Counted from the first letter of the stretch, positions 9,451 to 19,261 are shown. The stretch is 64,000 bases of DNA from an uncultured Planctomycetota bacterium (GCA_963719315.1 CAVRBU010000002.1:576001-640000), one strand, 5' to 3'. Numbers and translations are program-made. The notes: generated by a model not told the origin, from the sequence alone.

Positions 9451-11106
9451 ATGGCAGCCGCCGCGACCGACGAAACCGCAATGCCGAATGGGCGGCAATC
9501 GCCGTGGCAGCGTGCGGTGGAAGTGCTGCTGATCGTCGCAGTCTTCTTCATCGCCACGGGCGATCTGCCGCCCAACGTCAATGAATCGCACTACTTATGC
9601 CGGCTCAAGCACTTTTGGGATCCGGCGTGGTGCACGGGCGATCTGTTTTTGAATTCGACCGACACGCAGGTCGTTTTCATTTGGCTGCTCGGTTGGATTA
9701 CGCGGTTTGTTTCACTCACGGCCACGGCGTGGATCGGCCGCGTCGTGGCCTGGACGCTTTTGGCCTGGACCTGGCAACGACTGAGCTGGCGCATCATCCC
9801 TCGGCCGCTGGCGGCCGTACTTTCGGCCGCGCTATTCGTCGCACTGAATGCCTACGGGAACATGGCGGGTGAATGGATCGTCGGCGGCGTGGAAGCCAAG
9901 TGCTTCGCCTACGCGTTTGTATTGCTGGCACTGCGTAATCTCCTCGATAGGCGGTGGAATTTCGTGTGGGTGCATTTGGGAATCGCCACGGCGTTTCATC
10001 CGATCGTGGGCGGGTGGAGTGGAATTGTGTGCGTCGGCATCTGGCTGATCGATGCGCGTGGGTGGCACGAACTGCGGCAAATGTTGCCAGGGTTTGCGCT
10101 CGGAGGATCGGTGGCGCTCCTCGGCATCGTGCCGGCTCTCACGCTCACGTGGGGCGTGCCCGCCGAGACCGTGGCCGAGTCGAGCCGCACCTATGTTTTC
10201 GATCGGTTGCCCCACCACTTGGCCCCGCTAACGCTACCACAGCCGGAAGCCACAAGACGGCTGGTTGGTCACGCCATATTGTTGACTGTGCTCTACATAG
10301 TTTCACGCGCGCTGGGTGCCACTGGCTCTGCCAGAGTTTCGCGATCACACAATCGTGCACCGGCAAAGCCAATGGCGCCAAGGCGGGAAGCAGCGAGCTA
10401 CATTTTGCAATTTGCTTGCGGCGCGGTGCTTTTGGCCGTCGTGGGGTTCGCGATCGAACTAGTTCTATACAATCAACCGCTGCTGGCCGCGAAGTTGCTG
10501 CGCTACTACTGGTTCCGTCTTACCGATTTCGCGGCGGCGATGGCCGTAGCGCTCTATATTACCGCACTCGTCACGGCCGGATTCGAAAAGCGTCGGGCGT
10601 GGGCGACGCCGCTGTTGCTCGTGGCGATTTGCTTCGCCGGCTGGTTTCTCGGAAGTACGAGTTGGGCACGGCTACAAAACCCGATTCCACCCGCGGACAA
10701 CAAAATCGTCGATTACTCGGCCTGGGTCGAAGTTTGCGACTGGGTGGCCGCCAACACGCCGCCGAATGCCTTGTTTATCACGCCCCGTTTGAACTGCTCG
10801 TTCAAGTGGCGGACGGGCCGGCCGGAGGTGGCCAACCGCAAGGACATTCCGCAGGATGCGGCCGGCATCGTCGAATGGAGCAAACGACTGAAAGATCTTT
10901 TCGCTACGCAATTGGGAGGCGAGGAGTTTTCGGTTGATTCCGTCGGTGCGCTCGGCACGGAGCGCGTCAAGGAATTGGCCAACAAGTATCACGCTCAATA
11001 CGTGCTCTCCGATCGCGCGCAGTTGCTCAAGCTGCCGATCGCGTTTTGGAACCGGGAATATGTCGTCTATCGAATCGAAAATCGAAAGCCTGACAACGGC
11101 CGATGA
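9451..11106 (+). CDS. Polytopic membrane protein (DUF6798-like, possible GT-C-type glycosyltransferase)
   Basis: Many TM segments, VNESHYL, GEWIVGGVEAK, and a C-terminal soluble domain with W..ANTP..A.F.TP and KDIPQD. Confidence 0.7.
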   Translation: MAAAATDETAMPNGRQSPWQRAVEVLLIVAVFFIATGDLPPNVNESHYLCRLKHFWDPAWCTGDLFLNSTDTQVVFIWLLGWITRFVSLTATAWIGRVVAWTLLAWTWQRLSWRIIPRPLAAVLSAALFVALNAYGNMAGEWIVGGVEAKCFAYAFVLLALRNLLDRRWNFVWVHLGIATAFHPIVGGWSGIVCVGIWLIDARGWHELRQMLPGFALGGSVALLGIVPALTLTWGVPAETVAESSRTYVFDRLPHHLAPLTLPQPEATRRLVGHAILLTVLYIVSRALGATGSARVSRSHNRAPAKPMAPRREAASYILQFACGAVLLAVVGFAIELVLYNQPLLAAKLLRYYWFRLTDFAAAMAVALYITALVTAGFEKRRAWATPLLLVAICFAGWFLGSTSWARLQNPIPPADNKIVDYSAWVEVCDWVAANTPPNALFITPRLNCSFKWRTGRPEVANRKDIPQDAAGIVEWSKRLKDLFATQLGGEEFSVDSVGALGTERVKELANKYHAQYVLSDRAQLLKLPIAFWNREYVVYRIENRKPDNGR

Positions 11107-11107
11107 C

Positions 11108-11724
11108 TTGCCGCAACGGCTGGCGGAGGCGCTCAGCACCGGGCATCGCGGTCGGGTGCACGGCGGACGCTTGTCGCCACAGCTCAGCTACGGTCGGCAC
11201 GCCGGGCCCGCGCCCACACGGCGCGGGCGGCTGCGGTCCTGCTCCTGTTGTTTCGTCGCGGAGGCCGGTGGCGCTTGCCGCTCACCGAGCGTCCGGCGAC
11301 GCTCGCCCATCACGGGGGCCAATTCAGTCTCCCCGGCGGGGCCATCGATCCAGGTGAGTCGTCCTCAGCAGCCGCGCTTCGCGAGCTGCGCGAAGAATTA
11401 GGCATCGATGCAACGCTCGAGTCCTTGGGCCGACTTGCGAATTGCTACGTGTTCGCGAGTGACTTCTTAATCACCCCATGGCTCGCGGCGGCCGACTTCG
11501 AACCCGAGTGGCGGCCGCAGGTGCGGGAAGTGCAGAGCGTCGTCGAATTGCCTCTCGAAGTGCTGCTCGATGACCGCTCGATCGGCCGGTTGACGATCGA
11601 GCGCGGACCGCTCATGTTTCACGCACCGTGCATTCGGATTGGAGAGACCCGCGTTTGGGGCGCGACCAGCATCATCCTGAGCGAATTGGCGGACGTGCTG
11701 CGGTACATCGCGGAGAATACTTGA
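11108..11724 (+). CDS. CoA pyrophosphatase (Nudix), split by a 1-nt frameshift at ~11213-11215
   Basis: SPQLSYGRHAGPAP in one frame continues as ARAAAVLLLLF..HGGQFSLPGG..AALRELREELG..VWGATS in another. One extra C in the C-run restores the frame. Start approximate. Confidence 0.85.
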
Positions 11725-12402
11725 GTGATCGCCGACCGATCGAACCAGCCTGCCACGCCACTCTGCGCCGTCGTGTTCGATCTCGACGGCATTCTCGCAA
11801 ATACCGAAGATCTTTACGAAGAGGCGTGTGAAACCGTGCTGGGCCAGCGCGGCAAAACCTACGATTCGCAACTCCGCGAGCAGATGATGGGCCGGCCTGT
11901 CGCCGACGCGATTCAGATTATGATCGACGCGCACGGTTTCGTCGACCCAATCGATGCTTTGATGCTCGAATGTCGCGAAGTTCTCGACGAATTGCTGGCA
12001 ACGTCGCTCGCCCCAATGCCCGGTGTCGCCAAATTGCTCGATCGGCTGGAAGCCAAGCAATTGCCGGTCGCGGTCGCGACGAGCGCCTTGCGGGAGTACG
12101 CCGACTTTGTACTGACGCGGCTCGATCTCAGGCAACGGTTTCGCTTTATCCTCACTTCGGAAGACATTCGCCACGGCAAGCCCGATCCCGAGGTTTATCT
12201 ATTGGCGGCGCAACGACTGGATCTCGCGCCTGTGAAAATGATGGTCCTGGAGGATAGCGCGAACGGATGTCGCGCCGCCGTATCGGCCGAGGCGTTCACA
12301 GTGGCGGTGCCTAATCGTCACACCAGCAAGCACAACTTCGCTGGCGCTCGATTTATTGCGGATACGCTGGCCGACCCGCGGATTCTGGCGGCGCTCGCAT
12401 AG
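11725..12402 (+). CDS. HAD-family phosphatase (Cbby/BPGM-like)
   Basis: FDLDG, ATS, GKPDPEVY, LEDS motifs. Confidence 0.92.
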   Translation: MIADRSNQPATPLCAVVFDLDGILANTEDLYEEACETVLGQRGKTYDSQLREQMMGRPVADAIQIMIDAHGFVDPIDALMLECREVLDELLATSLAPMPGVAKLLDRLEAKQLPVAVATSALREYADFVLTRLDLRQRFRFILTSEDIRHGKPDPEVYLLAAQRLDLAPVKMMVLEDSANGCRAAVSAEAFTVAVPNRHTSKHNFAGARFIADTLADPRILAALA

Positions 12403-12590
12403 CTCCGCGATCGGTGGTTGCTGCTTTCTGGTGGCGCTGCTAGCTGCCGTAGAGTGCTCGCAGTTGCCACGATTTCTCTAATCGCGTGGGACGAAGTTGG
12501 CCGATATTGTGAGTTACACGCTACCGCGCTCGGCCGCGACGATCAGTCGGATGCGCCACCGACCGCCTCATCACGCATAAGGACGCCGGC

Positions 12591-12890
12591 ATGTTCCGTT
12601 CTTGCCTGCTGCTGTTCGGATTGACGCTCAGCACGCTGCTGTTCGCCAACGGCTGCCAAAGCTGTTCGAGCTGTCACGACTACGACCCGCCCGTGCCGAA
12701 TTGCCACTGCGGGCACTGTCCTCAATGCGGTTGCAACAGCGGCTGCACGAGCGGCTGCGGCAGTTGCGGCTGCAATGGAAGCTCAAGCACGAGCGGCGGT
12801 TACATGCAGCCGGGCGAAACCGTGGAAGCGCCGGTTGAAGGGCAAGTCATTTCGCCGAACGGCAACGCCCAGCCGACCAACGCACGCTAA
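12591..12890 (+). CDS. Small Cys-rich secreted protein or lipoprotein
   Basis: AAGGA SD, signal peptide ending ANG-C, 13 Cys, acidic Pro-containing tail. Confidence 0.75.
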   Translation: MFRSCLLLFGLTLSTLLFANGCQSCSSCHDYDPPVPNCHCGHCPQCGCNSGCTSGCGSCGCNGSSSTSGGYMQPGETVEAPVEGQVISPNGNAQPTNAR

Positions 12891-12955
12891 TAGCTGAATT
12901 TGCAAGAAATTCAGGTGCGGCTAATGTGCGGCTGAACGCTTGCGAGTTCAGCTAC
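12891..12955. repeat. REP doublet, GTAGCTGAATTCGCAAGAATTC family (copy 1)
   Basis: TAGCTGAATTTGCAAGAAATTCAG ... CTGAACGCTTGCGAGTTCAGCTAC between convergent genes. Confidence 0.8.
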
Positions 12956-14262
12956 ATAGGTTGCGGCACCTGCGCGTGCGACTGCGAATGTTGGCGGCGA
13001 TTGAAAATCTCCGGATCGAACGGGTCGCGTGGCTGCCAGTGTTCGGGCGTTACTCCGTATCGCAAGCGATGCGGCGTGTGTAGGCTGTCCACGGAATCCC
13101 AATCGATTGCCGCTGCGGGTTGCACGGCGGCATCCTCGACGGGTTGTGCATCGACCCCGTCGATTGCCTGCGTGACTGCGGCCCGATCCGTCGCCGTCGG
13201 ACGTGTTTTCGCATGTGGCACGCGCGCGGCCCGTGCCGACGCCTTTGCCAGCGGCGCTTCCATGGGAGGTCCAGCTAACTTCTCCATGGCTGGAATGGTT
13301 GTCCCTTCGGTCTCCGGCTTGGGGGGGGCGACCAACGCGACCCAATCGGCGAGGTGCTTAAATGCCTGCTCCTGCCGCGGCCCGAAGACGGGGCCGGTCA
13401 TGCCGCCGTGCGTCTGGCGGGGCACGGTAAGGAGCAAACTGGACTCCGGATGAGCGCGATCGACTCGCGCCAATGTCGCAGTTAAGTTTTGCACCGTCGT
13501 GCGGCGGTTCGATTCGCCGCGCAATAACGCGCGGTTGAGTTGAAACGATTGCTGACCGCCCGGCTGATGGCACTTCGAGGCCGTGCAGTTATTCACCAAC
13601 ACCGGCTGCACCTTCCGCGTAAACATCTCCAATACGCCATCCGGCAGGTCGCGCAAAACCGCGCGCGGTGGCGTGGGCTGTTCCGTCGCAGGCGTTTGAC
13701 GAATTGTGGCACCAGCTTCGATTGGCTTTGGCGTCAACCGTTCTTTGGTCGCGGTCAACCGGCGCTCCAGGAGCATCAGCCTGTCCGGCCCCGCGCCGAG
13801 TTGCCGCGCAGTTTCCAATTCGCTGGCGGCGTCATCCGCGAGACTGTATCGCAAACACCATTCGGCCAAGCTGAGATGGGCGTCGGCCGTGGTTTGCGTG
13901 ACGTGTTGGCGGCGATATTCGTAGGCTTCATGTAGGGAGCGGCCCGCGAAGAGAACGCGCGAGGCCGCGATTTGCATTTGCCCGCCAGAGCGTCCGACAA
14001 TGTACCAGTCCGCGGCCCGCGTGATTTGTCCTTCGATCACACCGCCATCTTGAAGCATGACGACGCCCGCGAACGGCATCGTAGCCGCGGCCGGCTCGGT
14101 TGCTACCTCCACGGCGTGCGAACCGCCTGGCGCCGTACGCGAATTCTCTTGAGCGGCAAGGCGCGGGCCGCACGCAATTATCGCAAAAACCGACCCGAAA
14201 ATCATCGCGTTGTGGCAATCAATTCGGCGCATCGCGGCGGAGGGTAGAGAAAGCGCCGACAA
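12952..14262 (-). CDS. Secreted hypothetical protein with TPR-like helix and CX4CH motif
   Basis: Signal-like N-terminus, HLSLAEWCLRY, FTRKVQPVLVNNCTASKCH and C-terminal PRDPFDPEIFNR. Start uncertain. Confidence 0.7.
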   Translation of the reverse strand: MSALSLPSAAMRRIDCHNAMIFGSVFAIIACGPRLAAQENSRTAPGGSHAVEVATEPAAATMPFAGVVMLQDGGVIEGQITRAADWYIVGRSGGQMQIAASRVLFAGRSLHEAYEYRRQHVTQTTADAHLSLAEWCLRYSLADDAASELETARQLGAGPDRLMLLERRLTATKERLTPKPIEAGATIRQTPATEQPTPPRAVLRDLPDGVLEMFTRKVQPVLVNNCTASKCHQPGGQQSFQLNRALLRGESNRRTTVQNLTATLARVDRAHPESSLLLTVPRQTHGGMTGPVFGPRQEQAFKHLADWVALVAPPKPETEGTTIPAMEKLAGPPMEAPLAKASARAARVPHAKTRPTATDRAAVTQAIDGVDAQPVEDAAVQPAAAIDWDSVDSLHTPHRLRYGVTPEHWQPRDPFDPEIFNRRQHSQSHAQVPQPM

Positions 14263-14296
14263 GGGTCAAGGCTGGCAATGCCAGCAGGCCGCCGAT

Positions 14297-16025
14297 GGGT
14301 GCAGGAACGCTAATTGGTCAAGTATCGAGCTAGCGGGAGTCGTGCTGGCAGAATTGGGGGGTGGTTGGTACGCTGTCGGCGGAGGGAGAGAGTTTCGGAC
14401 GAGCGAACCCAAGCCGATTGGAGAGCACGATGACCAAGGAAGGATTTTCAGCGGACCCAGGATGGTCGGTTGCGGTACGGCGGAAGTTGCAAGAGTTGGC
14501 GGAGTTGATTTCGCACGAGCGGTTTGGCGAGGCAGGGATCCCCAAGGAGATTACGTTTTCAGAAATCGAGGAGATCGGTCATCAGGTGGGGCGACTAGCA
14601 GCCGGTACGATCGATCAGACGCTACAGCTTCGACATGCCGAGCACCTGACGGGAGTGGAGCCTTGTCCTGAATGTGGTCGCGATTGCCGAGTCGAGCGGC
14701 GCGAGCGAACGTTGCAAACGCGCGACGGCACGGTCGCATTGGACGAACCCGTTTGTCACTGTGGCGCCTGTGAGCGCGATTTTTCCCCCTCAGCGTCCCC
14801 TGCTGAAACTCGACGGGCGTGCGTATAGCCCGCTGGTGCTGGAGCGGATTGTCTCGGCGGGCGGCTTGACGAAGTCGTTCGTGGTGTCCGCGAAGCTGCT
14901 GAAGCTGATCGGAGAGATCAACGTCTCAAGTCGTCAGGTCAACAACCTGACGGTGATGGTAGGCGAAGAACTGGCGCGTGACCGCGATCGGCAGACCGCG
15001 GCGTACGCCGATCAGGCGTTGCCACGAACCGCTACGCGTGTGGAACCCGTGCCGCAATTGGCCGCGTCGAGGTGGATGGCGGGCGGATGCAGACCCGCAC
15101 GCCCGGCGAGGGGCCGGGTGTCCATGAGGCCCACTGGCGAGAGACGAAAACGGCCGGTTTTTTCCGCATGAAAACGGCTTCGCACGCGGCCGACCCGCAC
15201 CCGGCCTTGCCACGTTGTTTCGCCAGCCGCCGCAAGATGCAAGGGTTGCTTCCTGGCGTGGGGGAGGAGCTGGCGGCAGGAGAGCCCGTCACCGACCATG
15301 ACCCGAACTGGCGCCCGAAGGTGCTGTTCCGCACCTGCTCGGCATCCCTGGAAACGAGTGAACGCTTCGGCCAGATGATGGCCGCCGAGGCCGATACGCG
15401 GGGATTCTTTGCCGCCCACAGGCGCGCGTTCTTAGGGGACGGCCTGCCCTACAACTGGTCGATTCATCGTCGACACTTTCCGACGTTTGAGCCGATCGTT
15501 GACTTCGTGCATCCGCTGGAGCGATTATACGCGGCGGCGCGGGCGGCGCATGAGGAGAACGACTCGGCCTGGTCACAGTACGTCGCTTGGGCCGGCGCCG
15601 TGTGGCAAGGACGGATCAGCGAAGTGATTCAAGAGCTTGCCGGCTACAGCCAGTCCTGGGGCCCGCCTCCCAAGGACGCCGACGAGTCGGACCCCCGCCG
15701 CGTGTTGGCCGAGTCGCTTACCTACTTGCGAAACAACCAGTCTCGCATGGACTACCCCCGCTACCGTCGTCAGGGTCTGCCGGTCACCAGCGCGCTGATT
15801 GAGTCGCTGGTCAAAGAAATGAACTACCGCGTGAAAGGGACCGAAAAGTTCTGGAACGACGGCCTCCCTGGCGAAGCGATCCTGCAAGTCCGAGCCGCCC
15901 TCTTGAGCGACGACGACCGCCTCGCCGCCCATATCCGCCAAAGACCTGGCCGGCCCTTTGCACGAACCTCGAGAAAAACCCCGCTAGCAACCGCCGCCTA
16001 AAAACCGATTAGCGTTCCTGCACCC
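14297..16025 (+). mobile_element. Insertion sequence, ISKra4-like (IS256/Mutator-type DDE), 1729 bp
   Basis: IRL GGGTGCAGGAACGCTAATTGGT (14297-14318) and IRR (16004-16025) match at 21/22. 9-bp target duplication GCCGCCGAT at 14288-14296 and 16026-16034. Confidence 0.93.
14430..16001 (+). CDS. ISKra4-like transposase in three frames (breaks at ~14780-14789 and ~15066)
   Basis: CPEC..CGAC zinc ribbon, VDGG, LGDG, DFVH, SALIES and RMDYPRYRRQGLP motifs. Confidence 0.88.
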
Positions 16026-16069
16026 GCCGCCGATATACTTCCGGATGCCTGCGTTTCGTCGTTGGCTGG

Positions 16070-16132
16070 GTAACGGAATTCGCCAGAATTCCGTTCTATT
16101 CCAGTCCGGCCCGAAGTCTTGCGACTTCCGCT
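16070..16132. repeat. REP doublet, GTAGCTGAATTCGCAAGAATTC family (copy 2)
   Basis: GTAACGGAATTCGCCAGAATTCCG ... CGAAGTCTTGCGACTTCCGCT. Confidence 0.7.
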
Positions 16133-16145
16133 GTAGCTTTTGGGT

Positions 16146-16430
16146 ATGTCAGCCAGTACGCCACAACGCTCGACGGTGTATTTTTCGGGGCATGTGCAGG
16201 GCATCGGCTTTCGCTATACGACTCGCTCGATCGCCCAGCACTACCCGGTGACGGGCTACGTCCGCAACCTGCCCGATCGCCGTGTGGAGCTGGTCGCGGA
16301 GGGCGAGCCGCGAGAAGTTGACGCATTTCTGAGCGAGGTCCGCGAACGCTTTTTCAACCATATTCGCGACGACCGCTCCGACGTCGGGCCGGCCACCGGC
16401 GAATACCAGGGGTTTGAAATACTGCATTGA
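16146..16430 (+). CDS. acyP: Acylphosphatase
   Basis: GHVQGIGFR and GYVRNLPD..VELVAEG signatures. Confidence 0.93.
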   Translation: MSASTPQRSTVYFSGHVQGIGFRYTTRSIAQHYPVTGYVRNLPDRRVELVAEGEPREVDAFLSEVRERFFNHIRDDRSDVGPATGEYQGFEILH

Positions 16431-16478
16431 AGCCTGCTATCCACTCGAACTAGCTCAAGGCCAATCAGTTTTTCAAAA

Positions 16479-16514
16479 TGTAGGGTGGGTCGAGTCTGCG
16501 AGACCCACCCTACA
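16479..16514. repeat. GTAG-type REP hairpin, possible terminator after acyP
   Basis: TGTAGGGTGGGTC ... GACCCACCCTACA. Confidence 0.8.
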
Positions 16515-16641
16515 AGCACCGTAGCTTGAAACATTGATTGGCCCTGCGATCTAGCCGCCAGCCCTTGATCGTGGGACCGGCAGAAGTTCTTATGGTTATT
16601 GGGCAATGTTTAAGACTGTTTATCCCCGCGGTTGATTCGAC

Positions 16642-18105
16642 ATGGGAAATCTGACGATTTGGCTGACTCCGATTTGGATTCTGTCGCTCGGTGTAACCGC
16701 GGCGGCGGCCGTGCTGCTGGTCTTGTACGCACTCACGTGGCTGCTTTCGCGACCCACGGCCGAATCGGCGGTGCGCTTGGTGCGCGAAAGCGTTCTGCAG
16801 CCGATCTCCTACATGGTTTTGGTGATGGTCGGGTTCAGCGTGCTGGCGGCCGCCGTCATGCCGGTACGGCAAGTGTTCAATTCACTCAAACGGTTGCCGC
16901 AAGTCGGAGTCTACACGACCAAGATCGAGGTCCCCGCTCATAAGGACGACCTCGAACTTCCGTTGAGGTTCGATTCCGACGAATTGCAATCGTACTCGTT
17001 CACGAGCGACCAGGATCTCGTCGTCGGCGTAGAAAAGGGCAAGGCTTACTCGAACCCTCTCATCCTCGTCGAAGGTGGAGAGCCCTTTGAATGGTCGCCT
17101 AGCAGCAAACGACAACGCTTGTTCGCCGGCCCTGTTGAAAAGGTGTTCGTCACCAACCAGAGCGATGCGCCGGCAGAATTGAATGTGACGGTCCGGACCG
17201 ATGTGCCGCTCGTGGAAGTGCGGCAGATTCCGATCGCGGCCGCCACGATCCTCTCCATCTTCGCCGTGTATTTCCTGCTGCATTGGCTGTTGCCCGGCGT
17301 ATCTACCATTGCCTTGGCCACGGCCAAAGAAGCCGTCGCGCAACCGCTCTACATCCTGGCCCTGGCGATCGGGGCCTGCTTGCTCGTGCTGTACATCTAC
17401 ATTCCGTACAACACGTTCGGCGAAGACGTGAAGATGTACAAAGACTCCAGTCTGATGACGATCATGGTGCTGGCGATTTTGGTTTCCGTATGGACGGCCA
17501 GCGTTTCAGTGGCCGACGAAATCGAAGGCCGCACCGCGCTGACCCTCCTTTCGAAGCCCATCAGCCGGCGGCAATTCGTGATCGGCAAATTCCTGGGGAT
17601 CGTGTGGGCAAACCTCTTGATGTTCGTACTCCTGGGCGCCTGGATGCTGATCATGGTCTCGTACAAGGTCGTGTACGACGCCCGCGAAACATCGAACCCA
17701 GAGCCGAGCTGGCAGCTTTGCAACGCCGAAATGATCGGTATTGTGCCGGGGCTCGTGCTCTCGTTCATGGAATCGGTGGTGCTGACGGCCATCAGCGTCG
17801 CAATTTCCACCCGCCTGGCAATGCTGCCGAACCTCGTGATTTGCGGCTCGATCTACGTGCTCGGCCACCTGGGCCCGTTAATCGCCCAATCCGCTGTCGG
17901 CCAGAATGAGTTCGTCGCGTTCTTCGGCCAACTCATCGCGCTGTTGCTACCGGTGCTTGACCATTTCAATGTGCAAGCCGCCGTCGCCGGCGGTGTGCCG
18001 GTGCCGCTCGACTATCTAGCGTGGGCGGCGGTGTACTGCATTCTGTACTCGGCCGTCGCGATGCTGCTGGCGCTGATTTTGTTTGAAGATCGCGATCTGG
18101 CGTGA
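16642..18105 (+). CDS. ABC-2-type transporter permease with extra N-terminal periplasmic domain
   Basis: DEIEGRTALTLLSKPISRRQFVIGKFLG, multiple TMs, C-terminal FEDRDLA. Confidence 0.85.
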   Translation: MGNLTIWLTPIWILSLGVTAAAAVLLVLYALTWLLSRPTAESAVRLVRESVLQPISYMVLVMVGFSVLAAAVMPVRQVFNSLKRLPQVGVYTTKIEVPAHKDDLELPLRFDSDELQSYSFTSDQDLVVGVEKGKAYSNPLILVEGGEPFEWSPSSKRQRLFAGPVEKVFVTNQSDAPAELNVTVRTDVPLVEVRQIPIAAATILSIFAVYFLLHWLLPGVSTIALATAKEAVAQPLYILALAIGACLLVLYIYIPYNTFGEDVKMYKDSSLMTIMVLAILVSVWTASVSVADEIEGRTALTLLSKPISRRQFVIGKFLGIVWANLLMFVLLGAWMLIMVSYKVVYDARETSNPEPSWQLCNAEMIGIVPGLVLSFMESVVLTAISVAISTRLAMLPNLVICGSIYVLGHLGPLIAQSAVGQNEFVAFFGQLIALLLPVLDHFNVQAAVAGGVPVPLDYLAWAAVYCILYSAVAMLLALILFEDRDLA

Positions 18106-18150
18106 GTACCATCGCTGGCCAGGCGCTCGGCGAGATAATTCATTCTTTTG

Positions 18151-18206
18151 GGAACGCTAATCTGCACTAATCCTAATTAGTGATGATTAGTGCAGATTAG
18201 CGTTCC
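18151..18206. repeat. Perfect 22-bp AT-rich inverted repeat between convergent genes
   Basis: GGAACGCTAATCTGCACTAATC, 12-nt loop, GATTAGTGCAGATTAGCGTTCC. Confidence 0.9.
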
Positions 18207-18256
18207 TCCTTAGAATTTACCTTCTCTTAATTTAACTGCAAACGCGACTCGGACGT

Positions 18257-19225
18257 TCACTTCACGTTGTAAGGCGCAGGTTGGGGTGCGGCGCTGACCA
18301 TCGGTTGAACAAGTTCCGGAATAGCAACGATCATCAACATGATTTGATTGTCTACGTCTTTAACCCCATCTATGGTTTTCTGCGATTCTACGCGGGTTTC
18401 AACCAGTCCGTTGAGTACCACTGGTTGACCGAACGTTGTCTCCACCGCCGTATCGCATTGGCGGACAGCCAATGCGGGAATACGCCTACCATTTACCGTC
18501 ATCGACTGCGATTCATTCAGCTCGCTTACGCGTATCCGAAGGTTCAGCTGGGTTCGGTTGTTGTCTTTCACGACGGCCGTTAAATCCACTTCGGTCCCGC
18601 ACTTTTGATATTCGACGACTTTTGAATCCTCGCGGCTCGGCATAGGAATTTCGTTGCCCACGAAAAATGAGCCGGGGCGGCCGCTGGCGACGATGATCGT
18701 GGGTCTCGCCAGGACTTTGGCAATTCGGTTTTGTTCCAACCAATCCAGGAGACCCGTTAGTGCGACGCCATCTGGCAGTGCGAATGGCTGTTTTGTCGGA
18801 TCGAAGGCTTCTTCAAAACTCGTGTGTACTGCCTCGCCCTCTTTAGCCTTTTTAATGCCGCTTTGCAAAGTCGCGAAGTCGGTCTTCATCCTTCGCAGTT
18901 TGGTCAACGATACTTCAAGCATTTGGATCCGGACCACGATTTGTGGGTTCGTACCTAGTTTGTCGTGCAACTGCCGCAATTCGCGCTGAAGTTGATCCAA
19001 TTCGCGTTGCTTTATTATCACCAGCACGTTCGTTTCATAAGCCTTGTCGATCGCTTCACTTCCACTCGTCACCGTAATGACACCATCGTGTGTTGGATGC
19101 GGAACTGCCGGCAGTACAGCGGCTGGCGTTGGTGCGGGCTGAACGTGCGTTTGTTTGACCTCCTCCGCAATCACCGCGGGCACCGACACAAGGATTATGG
19201 CGATCAATAGAATCGATCTGCGCAT
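18257..19225 (-). CDS. Short secretin-domain protein (CpaC/RcpA-like C-terminal domain)
   Basis: Signal peptide, AKVLARPTIIVASGRPGSFFVGNEIP, IPALAVRQ.DTAVE..GQ.VVLNGL, LMIVAIPELV. Confidence 0.78.
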   Translation of the reverse strand: MRRSILLIAIILVSVPAVIAEEVKQTHVQPAPTPAAVLPAVPHPTHDGVITVTSGSEAIDKAYETNVLVIIKQRELDQLQRELRQLHDKLGTNPQIVVRIQMLEVSLTKLRRMKTDFATLQSGIKKAKEGEAVHTSFEEAFDPTKQPFALPDGVALTGLLDWLEQNRIAKVLARPTIIVASGRPGSFFVGNEIPMPSREDSKVVEYQKCGTEVDLTAVVKDNNRTQLNLRIRVSELNESQSMTVNGRRIPALAVRQCDTAVETTFGQPVVLNGLVETRVESQKTIDGVKDVDNQIMLMIVAIPELVQPMVSAAPQPAPYNVK

Positions 19226-19261
19226 GGCTTGGTATTCCTGTAATTGATGTGCTGCCGCCGA

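Noticed and set aside
12591..12890. RiPP precursor
   Set aside because: It has an export signal and no adjacent modifying enzyme or transporter.
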